DNA from: Catajapyx aquilonaris
Lineage: Eukaryota
NCBI GenBank assembly: GCA_000934665.2
Contig: JYFJ02001627.1
Coordinates: 54,330 to 74,329 of the forward strand
Length of the DNA: 20,000 bases
Reading direction: 5' to 3'
Below the pieces are notes generated by a model. It was given only the letters and a program-made list of their open reading frames with translations. It was not told the DNA's origin and searched no databases. A program made the translations under genes and the position numbers. This document shows positions 1 to 9,575 of the stretch, piece by piece. The first letter of the stretch is position 1. The number at the start of each line of letters is the position of its first letter.

Positions 1-2715
1 ATGATGTTATGACCCACGTGTCAACGTGAGTACTCACGCCATTGCACTGACGACCACATACTGAGGGCAGTTTTTGTGTACCCATATCGTTGGGGAAGGA
101 GAAAGTAGACAATATCCATGACAGTCCCAAGATAGACCGGTAGTGAATTACAGTTTCAACAATACTACAGATATTTATAACAGTTCACATTAACCGCCTT
201 TTCAAAATTACTTTCAAAAATGCTGAATATGGATCATACAAGAAACGGCCAATATTTTCCCGGCGTAGATAACGAAACGCAGTACTAACTTGGGGTTTTT
301 GCTATTGCAAGTACTGTTGGGACTAGTGCCTTGTTGGCACCAAACATACAGGTCTAGGGAATTGTCCATGCAGTGACGCAGCGAAAATTAGTTGACTACC
401 AGCTTTCCCATAGAATCCCCCAGCGGATTCCTTAGTTTTTTCCCCGCTAATAAGCTCATCCGAACGTCCAGAGCAGACACTTGGCTAAGTTGTACATAAT
501 TATACTGCTGTATACCCTAAGGAAGACAAGGCCCATCACTTTTCCAGTTTAGTGGGCTATTTTCCACAGTAGTTGTTGCAGTACCACCTGCTGACTCTTT
601 GGAATCTCGGACCCATTTTCGAAGTGTGCTTGGCCCCAAGTACTGTACTTGAAGAAAGTCTGGAAAATATACGACGACGAAAGTAGTAGTAAAGCAAGAA
701 CAGCTAGGATGTGGAATGGGAAAAGGATAAGCAATCAGGTTTTAGACGAGTACAGCAGCACTTTCTAGGGAGTCCTTATTGGTTTACTGTCCCCTACTTG
801 CTCCATTTTACGGGCTTGTGGGGGAAATGCGGGAGGACCTCATCTCAGGATAATTTGTAGCATCGGTTTCACTTTCGATGCATTCGAGCCTGCAAACAAG
901 CCACATGGGTCACATCCTTTGTCTTTACGACTTGACTCTTTTCCCTCCTCAATCCCCACCCTTCCAAGCCTATCCACCCCCACCGTTTACTTCCACAGTC
1001 AGTCTTTTTCTTCGTCTTCTTCTTTTCCCTATTCTTTTTTCTGTCTTCCTTCGCCCAAGCGGCATGTGCAGCATGTAGCATTATGACTTGGCCTATGGGG
1101 CCTTCCTGCTATCAAGGCAGCAATAACTTGGAAATTGGGAACTCTTTGAAGGCCCCCGAGGCCTTCCAGGTCATAAAGTGCTTTGTCATCCCTCCTCCTC
1201 CTTACAGCAAAGCTAACTTCATTTTTTCCCCTCCGGCTCACACGAAAAGAGGACTTAAGCACAAATGAAAGCCCTAGATTCGATTTTTCTTGATCTAATC
1301 CTCTGTCGCCTGAGTTGCACCACACACTACGACCCTAATTAAGCATGTGATACCCCCTGCCTAATAAATTATTGTCATTAGGGTACACAAGGGGGTCCAT
1401 GTGGAGAGTTAGGTTAGGTTAGGTTAGGTTAGGTTGCAACACTCATGTGGACCGTTATTGGTGACCTTGGCCGGTTTAGGATGGGGGCGATTGAATTGCG
1501 GTAGGTTTGCAGACGAGGAGAATGTAATGGCAGGGACCACCGTAAATATGCAGCTAGACTCTCTCCTGGGTCACATAATACCGCCCTTATAATGTCAAAG
1601 TTGGTTCAAGTTGAAAACTTTCTTGAGAGCTCTTTGGGGAATTAATGCAGTCTAGAAAAGAGAAGGAAGTTTTTCCTCTTCTTCCTATCTCCCATCCCTC
1701 CTACTCGAATCTGCTGCTGCTTTCGTCATAGTAGTGGTTGTAGTAGTAGTGGAAGAAAAGTGAGGACGGGGAGACTTGAACCTTTTTTTCATATGCCTTC
1801 TCCCATTATTTATCTCTTCGCATTTCCCGCACCCAATCACATGTGTCGAGCTTACGCGCCAGAATAATAGGTTTCTTGGGAACGGGGCAATCTTGTCATT
1901 CCTGCCACTCGCGGATGATTGCTTTTGCGTCGTGGGAATAGACTCAATTTTTTCCGCTTAAAACTATAATGTTTAACACAGGCACATTAGGCAGATCCAT
2001 ATGCAACCGAGGTGGAACCGCTACAGGCGACCAATGCATCATGTGTTATTGACTCCAGGATATATACTCAGAGCTGCTGATTGTTTTCAAAATACTCCGG
2101 TACCGATATAGGATAAAGAATAACATGTGATTGAGGGCAGATGACAAAAGTCGTTCTTTTTATTGTCTTCTGATCCTCCATCCCAGCTAATGAGTCCAGA
2201 AGATTAGAGGGACAGTGACAGGCAGTGTAGTAGTAGCCTTATTGTGAGTGGTTCTGATCTCTAAATCCGAACATTTTTCTTTTCCAAGGAAGTACGAGTC
2301 ATATAAGTCAGCGTTGACATGAGTACAGTACTTGAAGGTTTTAGATGTTGTGCAGTATACCGTCATGTTTTTTGCACCTCAGCAGCTATAGAGCCTCAAG
2401 ATAGTGTTGTTTATACGCGTAGGTTGTTTATTTTTGAAAGATAATGTTTCAAATATCATGGTCCTTTTAGTTATCGGCTTATCGCAAATTTCGCCCGAAG
2501 TTGTTATTTTTGTGTATATTTTTGCATACCGATCGAGGTTCCCATTTACATAGCAAGTGCTGCATTCGACCACATCTGGGAATAATTGGGGACCTCTTTT
2601 GAGCTCAAAATGCAATACAAAAATAGCTACTTCGAGCAAAATTTTCGATATAACTAAAATGACCGTGATATGTGAAACATACTGTATGCACGCCCAGGTA
2701 GAGGTCACTTTCATA
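1..2715 (-). pseudogene. Decayed Polinton/Maverick (adintovirus-like) protein-primed DNA polymerase B
   Basis: Colinear degenerate pPolB motifs across shifting minus-strand frames: HFSYIENFARSSYFC (~2617-2661), YDSYFL (2286-2303, exo II HN..GYDSYF), LLDSL (2188-2202), KKNDFCHL (2138-2161, cf. KKGYFPHL), IYGG (1536-1547, cf. FFGGR), HMDPLVYP (1380-1403, cf. DxxSLYP), DKAL..TW and QVIAALIAG (~1105-1190), GLFAG/KVK/TDATNYP (847-902, cf. GLFAEY..LKQEASGYP), LAKCLL (471-488, motif B), RFLYDPYS (224-247, cf. RVLYxDTDS), YLGTVMDI (111-134, cf. YLGDLTDE). Many stops and frameshifts; continues off the window start. Confidence 0.75.
1409..1435 (+). repeat. Interstitial telomeric repeat (TTAGG)5TT
   Basis: Five perfect TTAGG units, the arthropod telomere motif; the insert 1406-1443 is flanked by a catgtgga direct repeat (1398-1405, 1444-1451). 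Confidence 0.9.
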
Positions 2716-3119
2716 CTATAATTTTGTATTTTAATTTTTTGTTAAAGTTTGATATTTTTAAAATTGCAGATTGTATTCAAATTGAAGGCTGATATGTATA
2801 ATTGAGATTCCCTACAAATCTAGAGAAATTAATTGAGATTAAATGACCGGATATACTGTATTTAACTATTTATACGTACATAAGGTTCCGTACTGGTAAG
2901 GGGAATAATATTATGTGAGCGACTGGAGTAAAATAGAAGAGAATCTGGACCAGTGCGGGATATACGGTATCTACTCTATTAAATTTCTTATTTCCATCAT
3001 TTAAATTTTGTGAAAATCTCAGGCATATCAGCTTTAAATTTGAGTGCAATTTGTAATACTGTATTTTAAAAATCTAATGTAAGTTTGGAAAAAAAAATCA
3101 AAACACAAAGTTATGGAAT
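2714..3119. mobile_element. Old foldback/MITE-like element with ~105-bp imperfect inverted arms
   Basis: The reverse complement of 2714-2821 (..gaatctcaattatacatatcagccttcaatttgaatacaatctgcaattttaaaaat..) matches 3003-3119 (..aaatctcaggcatatcagctttaaatttgagtgcaatttgtaat..attttaaaaat..). Confidence 0.6.
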
Positions 3120-3148
3120 AAAAAAGAATGTCATCTGTAAAGAACCCA

Positions 3149-3150
<2 letters not shown>

Positions 3151-3213
<63 letters not shown>

Positions 3214-3222
3214 AATAATAAT
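3151..3222 (+). repeat. Microsatellite (GAT)21(AAT)3
   Basis: Direct reading; explains the poly-D, poly-M and poly-I spurious ORFs. Confidence 0.98.
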
Positions 3223-3288
3223 CTGGATAGTGCAGGGGTATATTGCGCGCACCTTCATTTGTCAATGCTTAGGCATGTACATTAAATA

Positions 3289-3420
3289 CAGGGTGATCCA
3301 AAATACGTATTAGTCCGACTCATGCGGTTATTTGTTGGCACTAAACTACTGATTTTGTATCAGTTACTTTTGCATAGTTGCTTTTAATAACCATCAAAAC
3401 ATATTCGCTACATATATTGT
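3289..3420 (+). mobile_element. Single terminus of a Tc1/mariner-type element (TA|CAGGGTG)
   Basis: tacagggtgatccaaaa start typical of insect mariner-like TIRs; no matching right end found, so the extent is approximate. Confidence 0.4.
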
Positions 3421-3591
3421 ATTAGGCTGCATGTACCCATCAGGCTTTTTGAAACCTGTACGGGGGTCTGGCATGCACAAAGTAGATTCTGTCATTGACG
3501 TTTGATGCCAATGTTCATATGGGCATAATAGGGAATACTTCGAGGTTCAGAGCTTGAAGAGATGATTCAGTTCATCATAAGATCAGTAGCT

Positions 3592-3928
3592 AAATGATAG
3601 TGGAGTACTAGGCGATCATTTCAAATATGGGCATAATGGGTCTCTGCAGCATAGTTACCGAGGTAATTATCATAAAATATAGCATATGGCATCTAGCCCT
3701 ATGCCCTAGGCTAGGCCATTCCCTGTTACACCTCATGGGATCGTAAATTTAAATTTAATCACAATGTAACACCTTAACTTTAAATGGAAAAGGTAAGGTC
3801 GTGGGAGGGACGCATACGTGGCAGGATATTTTATACCTTGTGTTTGAAGTCCATTATCTCGGTAGCTATGTTGCGGACGTCCATGATGCCTATATGTAAA
3901 ATGATCGCCTAGTACCACTCTATCATTT
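3592..3928. repeat. 76-bp imperfect inverted repeat (arms 3592-3667 and 3853-3928), probable DNA transposon relic
   Basis: aaatgatagtggagtactaggcgatcatttc..ccgaggtaat pairs with attatctcgg..aaatgatcgcctagtaccactctatcattt; an extra direct copy of atatgggcataat lies near 3518. Confidence 0.7.
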
Positions 3929-4035
3929 CCCAAATCGACGTTACGATAAACTTTCTCGCCTTGTACACTCTTGACACTCTGTAGTTGAGGGAAGGCGGGA
4001 GTGTTCCCAAGGGAGGGCACTCCTTGACAGTGTTC

Positions 4036-4244
4036 TAGTCATTTCGGATCCTCTTAAATCTTAAGACCTTTTCCCTTGCCCCTGGGCAGAGAATGGAGTG
4101 AGAATCTTCCCGGACACATTGGGTGAAAATAGGAAAAAGACCAGACCAAGCGACGATGACGGGGACGTGATTTGAACCTCGGGCCTCCCGCTTGGCTGGC
4201 CAGTGGCATTTAACCAAGGGCATAAGCGCATAACTGCCGCGTCT
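4036..4244 (-). mobile_element. Degenerate tRNA-derived SINE
   Basis: Minus strand reads ..ttggttaaatgccactggccagccaagcgggaggcccgaGGTTCAAATCacg: A-box-like and B-box at tRNA spacing. Boundaries approximate. Confidence 0.55.
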
Positions 4245-4252
4245 CTCAAACC

Positions 4253-4494
4253 CAGGGTCCCCTACATGGTTGCCTCCCCCACCCTAACCAGGGTATTGTC
4301 TTCACGTAGTCCTTATGGGGCGGCCATATTGGATCTAGATTGCATGCTGCAGGATAGGGAATTGGAAAGCTATTCGTTTTTTTTCAATTGTTTTTTTTTT
4401 TCACTGCATGTAGCTCCTATGTGATTTAGATCCAATATGGCGGAGAGACAATACCCTGTCTAGGTGGGGGGTGGCACTCATGTAGGTGACCCTG
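4253..4494. mobile_element. hAT-type MITE with 8-bp TSD ctcaaacc
   Basis: Termini CAGGGTC..GACCCTG with long imperfect inverted arms (cagggtattgtct/agacaataccctg; gccatattggatcta/tagatccaatatggc); identical TSD at 4245-4252 and 4495-4502. Confidence 0.9.
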
Positions 4495-4534
4495 CTCAAA
4501 CCCAGTCAGAAAAAAAAAACATCCAGCCAGTTAA

Positions 4535-5039
4535 GGGGGCGCATTAGTAAAAATACGGTAGGCTCATTTTTGAGGGAATTTTATTTTTTGTGGCGAAACG
4601 CACCGTTAATCGGAAAAATCACGACGAAGGTGCCCTGCGCAAAGGTTTGGCCATTATTATGGTACCATACTCGATATGATCGCATTAAAATTGTGGACAT
4701 ACGGGCGCAGAAGCGTTCCCGACTTTGTCGCGTTCCTGCCGCCATGTTATTCAAATGGGCTTTTCGGGAACGCCATTTTCCTTTCACTTCAACTCGATGA
4801 AAGGTCACTTCTAGGCCGAAAATGGTAAAATGACGCCGAAGGTGCCCTGCTCCAGATCATGTCCTATTTTTTGGTGTAATTTTTGTGTCCATTGCTCCAT
4901 TTTTGCGGCCGTACGGCCGCAGAAGCGTAGACATGTCGAATCCCCATATGCTGTCCATGCATACGCGAGTTTGTTTACGTGGTCGCCAAGGGCTCGCATT
5001 GTTACCGATTGTTACCGTATTTTTTTGATAACGCGCCCC
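4535..5039. mobile_element. Non-autonomous DNA transposon with TTAA TSD and GG termini (Kolobok-like)
   Basis: TTAA|gggggcgcattagtaaaaatacggta ... taccgtatttttttgataacgcgcccc|TTAA; internal direct repeats (cgaaggtgccctgc at ~4625 and ~4838; cgcagaagcgt at ~4706 and ~4918). A TTAA TSD with purine termini fits Kolobok rather than piggyBac (CC termini). Confidence 0.75.
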
Positions 5040-5206
5040 TTAATTTGTACTGTACTTGTACTTGCCAGATTTTGAGAAAATCGCAATATGAGACATTGTT
5101 TCAACCTGCATATTCGAGGGCAATTCACATTTTTAAAATGCCGTATATGTAGAACTTGGGGAAAAAAATCAACTTGATGTGATGGACGTCATACAGACTT
5201 TTCAGA

Positions 5207-5215
5207 ATTATTATT

Positions 5216-5248
<33 letters not shown>

Positions 5249-5251
5249 ATT
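5207..5251 (+). repeat. Compound microsatellite (ATT)4(GTT)10
   Basis: Direct reading. Confidence 0.95.
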
Positions 5252-5571
5252 GAATAATAATATTTTTAAAATAATATTTTCTTCCGTGACTGATCATGGA
5301 GTTCTTTGCGTTTCCCACTCCCTTATCATTGATTCTGTTCTTCCAACTCGTCTGTGGCAATTCCGGAAAACATCTTATTTTCATGTTGCCCTGTGTGCAT
5401 GATGGCTCCACTTGACTGTACTGAGTGTGAATCAGGAACAAATATTGTTCTTTTTCCTTCGTTCCCTTTGAACTGGTTGCTAGCGTAAACAATCCATATG
5501 TGTCCCTCTCTTTAAAGAGGTTTTACAATTCCTAGGTTTTGAGGAAATCTCAATATTAGACATTTCAACCT

Positions 5572-5904
5572 ATATATATATATTTAAATAATATCCGGGT
5601 AGTGCTTGGCCTTCTCGGCATGTAGCACGGACCTTTATTATTTTTTGTACCTAATTATTGAAGCGCCCGGGCCCACGGGCAGGATGACAGGAGGGGATGT
5701 GCAAGGTGCAGTGCAATGTCTTTATATGGCCATTTTTAGTGAACTCCCCCGGGTGGTTTAGACTGTGGATATACCACCCGAGACGAAGCCAGAAGTGACC
5801 CTGAACTCTGCACGAGATGAAGGGGGTGTCCCCGGGTTGGGATCGAACCCAGGACCTTAACATCCGTGGGCGCGTACGTTACCGCAGCACCACTCCGCCT
5901 CCCC
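5572..5904 (-). mobile_element. tRNA-derived SINE with (TA)n tail and 7-bp TSD tcaacct
   Basis: Head ggggaggcggagTGGTGCTGCGGtaacg..cctgGGTTCGATCCc (A and B boxes); TSD at 5565-5571 and 5905-5911; removing it restores colinearity with duplication unit A. Confidence 0.9.
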
Positions 5905-5947
5905 TCAACCTTCATATTTGAGGGCAATTCATATTTTTAAAATATAC

Positions 5948-5952
<5 letters not shown>

Positions 5953-6021
<69 letters not shown>

Positions 6022-6325
6022 CATCATTATCATTATTTATACCCCGTTATCAGCCGGTGGCTCTTTAGGGGGGGGGGGAGTTCATCCCAATTTTGTTTTG
6101 ACTGGAACTCTATTTGCTTACATTTTTTACTTTGCTTTTTGGGATAGGATGGGGACGGAAGGAAGCGGCTGTGGCCTAATATTTAGGAAGCAACCCCGGA
6201 ATTCTCCTGGGAGGACTGTGGGAAACCACAGAAAACCACGGTTAGGATTTCCGGCCCCGGGACTCGAACCCAGGACCTCCCGATTAGCAGTCGAACACCT
6301 TATCCACTCCACCAAACTGCTTCGG
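5953..6325 (-). mobile_element. tRNA(Ser-like)-derived SINE with long (AAT)n tail and ~21-bp TSD
   Basis: Head ccgaagcagttTGGTGGAGTGGataaggtgttcgactGCTaatcgggaggtcctgGGTTCGAGTCCc; body ggttttctgtggtttccc..ggccacagccgcttccttcc resembles insect SINEs; TSD tatttttaaaata(t/a)acagtat at 5932-5952 and 6326-6346. Confidence 0.92.
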
Positions 6326-6543
6326 TATTTTTAAAATAAACAGTATATAGAACTTTGAAAAAATCAACTTAGATAATTATGATGGACTCCATATTGAATT
6401 TGGGAATCTTCAGAATTTTGAATCCGATTATGGCAAAGCCATTAGATTACCCTGGTACAATATCTTTTGACAGGGAAGGGTGTCCAATAAGGCCAACATG
6501 CAAATAACAAATCATACAGCAGTACATCATACTGTACTGTAGG

Positions 6544-6813
6544 CTACACATTCCTCAATAACCTTTTAATAAATTATTGTATGGTTTTCAATGAAAATTG
6601 ACATGTATACTTACCTTGTATGATGCCAAACAAGGTCTGCCGAAACCCTAAAGCATATGCTGAAAATGGTCCCCTCCAGCTCCAAAAATATTTGAATGCG
6701 AGTCTGCATTTTGGTAAGTACATGTCAATTTTCAATGAAAACCATACAATAATTAACGATAATTAAAAAGTTATTGAGGAATGTGTAGGTTAGGATTCGA
6801 GAGAATCACCCTG
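6544..6813. mobile_element. Tc1/mariner-type MITE, left terminus lost
   Basis: Inverted arms ctacacattcctcaataac..ttattgtatggttttca.tgaaaattgacatgta..cttacc versus ggtaagtacatgtcaattttca..gttattgaggaatgtgtag; right end CACCCTG|TA. Confidence 0.75.
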
Positions 6814-8860
6814 TATTTCTCTATAGCAACGTGCTGTGCATGACGGCTCCACTACGGAATGTGAATCGAGAATAAATGTATTGTTCTTTTTTCCTACATT
6901 CTCTTTAACTGGTTGCTGGTGTAAATAATCCCTCTCTTGAAAGAGGCTGTATACAATTCCGTCAGGCCTCGAATGTTCGCTGCTAATAAATCAATTCCTG
7001 ATTTATACTGTATTTACCTCATGCATCTTTTCAAACCACAGTACAGTACATAATGTCGGAGAAAATTGGATTAAATTCCCAGCAAGGGCTTATTTCTGAA
7101 AGGGAATAAACGGTGGGATTATTGTAATCGCCCGCAGGAGTGGAATGCACAGTACAGTGAACCATGTTATAAAGTAGACGCACACCTAGAAATGTGATGA
7201 GCACGACAGAAAATAATGGAAGTGATAAAATTGCCTTAATATGATGGAAATCGAAATGATGAAAAGCCAAAATTTTGAGTGCAAAATTGCATCAAAAATA
7301 TCCAAGATTTCGAAGTGCAAAGGATATTCCCGATATGCCTACTATAACAGGAAGACCTCAAAATTCCCATGAGAATGAAGATCCATCCGAGTTAGGTCAG
7401 CAGCTATCAAGTCAAAGCTGACTAAAGAAGAGTAAGCAATGGTCGGCAGAGAGTAATTGATTAATTAGCGTAGAGTATAATGAATGGGGTTTGTGCAGTA
7501 TTGTGCGGTCTCGGCAGCTAAGAGGCGACCGAATGTTCCATTGGCTGAAGGCTGATCTTCAACCTTAAATGGTTATTGACGGCTCAACGGCTTTGGCGAA
7601 GAGCTCGGCGGCTTTAACTCGGGGGATAATGACGACGCAGCTATTAGAGCTGCCATCGCCAGCGCTCATTAGCAGAAGGGCGCATGAAGCAGCTCGTCTT
7701 CAATACACTCATTATTCTCTACCAGCACGAGTAGGCCTATGTACGTATACATTGTAGTCTGGGAAATGTGCCTTTACTGCCGTCTCCTGCAAACACAGCC
7801 CCGGTCATCCTACGCCCATCCCCGAGTAAAAAGCCCTTTGAATATTGCAAGGCAATAAGTGCTCTTGTTCGGAGCCGCTATTACGTGGGTTGATTTTCAG
7901 CGTAACAGGTCGTATTATCTGTTATCGCAGCACTCTGATAACCTTTCACAGGTAGGAATTGGCACTTGGCACAATGTGAATTTCTGAGCGTTAGGGAAAT
8001 GGAAATGCCCCTGCAGATCCGATAACCTGCTGTGCGCCACTTGGGCTTGGGTACTATACCGTCATATGGGTCTATTGCTCCACTTGAGGTGGGGGGATTG
8101 TAAGGAGATTGTGTTCCATTAGCGTTTGCTATGCATTCGGTGAGAAAATTCTGGCTTTCCACACAATACCGAAACAACCATTTGTTATAGGTTGAAATGC
8201 TGCCCCACTCAAATAATGACGCACAGTAAGTTGTTAAAATAAACTCGAAGCAAATGCGGTTGTTACTGGCCACCAAGTATATTGTACCTTGCTTGGATGC
8301 ATTTAAAATTTAGGTGTACACGCCGGCTGCAGCTTCCTAAGGGATCGTGTCTTATGTCTCCCTTCGATCTCTGCGATGTCTGTGGTTCTGGTCTGGGAAT
8401 TCTCAGGCGACGTAGCTTGTGCTAGTTTAGTAATATAGCGAAGCAGCCAGGCGCGAAAACCATGGCGAATCCCACGCCCCACCCTTCCCTCCCTGTAGCC
8501 ATTACAAGCCAGTAATCCCAAGTGAGCATTAGAGGCTCGGTCACAGAATAAGAAGTAGAGGCGGGGAACTCCGTATAAAGAGCCCATCTGGACTCATAAC
8601 CCGTGTTGGGACTGGGTCTGTGACAGTTCCAAACGTGGTATTAAGTTGGTAAACTAGCGTCCTAAGAGGCAACTCCCTTTTCCTGCCACAGATAAGGTAC
8701 AAGATGCTAGTGCATCTTTTCGATGCAACTTTCATGCATAGTTGATATAGAGGTTGCTGCATGCACACCATATTGCCACTTCTGGCTTGGAGCTTGCCAA
8801 ATTATGCAGAGGGTAGTAATAGCGTAAGTGTGGAAGCTAATTAATGGTTACTTTCGACAG

Positions 8861-9241
8861 CCTCTCCGGAGAAGATGGACTTGCTGCCGCTCTTGTCGAT
8901 TCTTCTTGGCGCCTTTCTTACCCTGCTTTTGCTGACACTGGTAGTTCTGGCTCACCTGGTCTATAAAAGACGACATCAAGCACAGCAGCAGCAACAGCAA
9001 CAACAGCAACAGCAGCAGCAGCAGCAGCAGGGAGAAGGCACTCGTCAGGATCCAGAAGGGAAAGCTAAGATGTTGCGAGCTGGGGCCTTTGCTGAATCGG
9101 ATCAGGCTTCTCCGATGACCCAATTGCATCAGACAGAGACCCCAACTGACACCTGCAGCTATTTGCCTCACCTCCAGATTGCCACTTACCCGAAGGACTA
9201 CTTGGATGACCACGAGCCGGATGTCATTCCAGCACAGCATG
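8861..9241 (+). CDS. Internal exon of a Sidestep/nephrin-like Ig-family membrane protein: transmembrane helix plus juxtamembrane tail
   Basis: Branch gctaat and acceptor ttactttcgacAG; encodes SPEKMDLLPLLSILLGAFLTLLLLTLVVLAHLVYKRRH (TM plus basic stop-transfer), Q16, and DDHEPDVIP (PDVIP/PDIIP motif recalled from Sidestep-family tails). Probable phase-1 donor G|gttcga, after which the sequence turns AT-rich. Confidence 0.85.
8983..9030 (+). repeat. Coding CAG/CAA repeat (poly-Q16)
   Basis: 16 mixed CAG/CAA codons in frame. Confidence 0.95.
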
Positions 9242-9443
9242 GTTCGACGGATTTTTTCACATTTAAATGTATCTATAATGTTATTGTTATGTGTGGCAGG
9301 TAGGGTGGTACTGTATAAGAATAAGAATTAATAGTGGACAATATTGCAATGTAATAGTCACCAGCCATGTTCCCAGCCCTCTTTTGATCATTGCCTGAAC
9401 TATTCTAAAGGTGACTCCTAAGTCACTTCCGGAATGTTATTAT

Positions 9444-9575
9444 CAAGGGGGTAATCACTTCGGTACTCCGGTGTACACCTGGGAGTGGTATTCCCTGGTA
9501 CTCCTCAGGCACCTCACTCTTTATTACTCCGTGGTACTCCAGTGTACACTTTTCAGTCGAGTGATTACCCCCTTG
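9444..9575. mobile_element. 132-bp MITE with CAAG termini and 8-bp TSD gttattat (P-element-like)
   Basis: TIR caagggggtaatcact / agtgattacccccttg; identical TSD at 9436-9443 and 9576-9583; internal ggtactcc x3. Confidence 0.88.

Larger units (their letters stand above)
5070..6965. repeat. Diverged tandem duplication (unit A 5070-5536, unit B 5537-6965 expanded by insertions)
   Basis: Both units start ttttgag.aaatc.caatat.agacatt..tcaacct.catatt.gagggcaattca and end gtgcatga.ggctccact..gtgaatc..ttgttctttt..aactggttgct..ccctctc..aaagagg..tacaattcc. Confidence 0.8.

Noticed and set aside
250..290. LVLRFVIYAGK resembling piggyBac FxIYxGK
   Set aside because: Isolated; an overlapping frame fits the colinear pPolB motif series better.
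350..375. LHGQFP resembling R4/Dong retrotransposon LHG motif
   Set aside because: No following R4-type motifs; embedded in the pPolB remnant.
3034..3313. ORFs with poly-I, poly-D and poly-M
   Set aside because: Artefacts of the (GAT)n microsatellite.
6255..6325. tRNA-Ser(GCT)-like sequence as a real tRNA gene
   Set aside because: No proper acceptor stem or Ser variable arm; it continues into a SINE body with tail and TSD.
5918..6334. 138-aa ORF with poly-I
   Set aside because: Antisense reading of a SINE and its (AAT)n tail.
8875..9303. Stand-alone 142-aa protein starting at ATG 8875
   Set aside because: A good acceptor 14 nt upstream and phase-compatible downstream exons indicate an internal exon.
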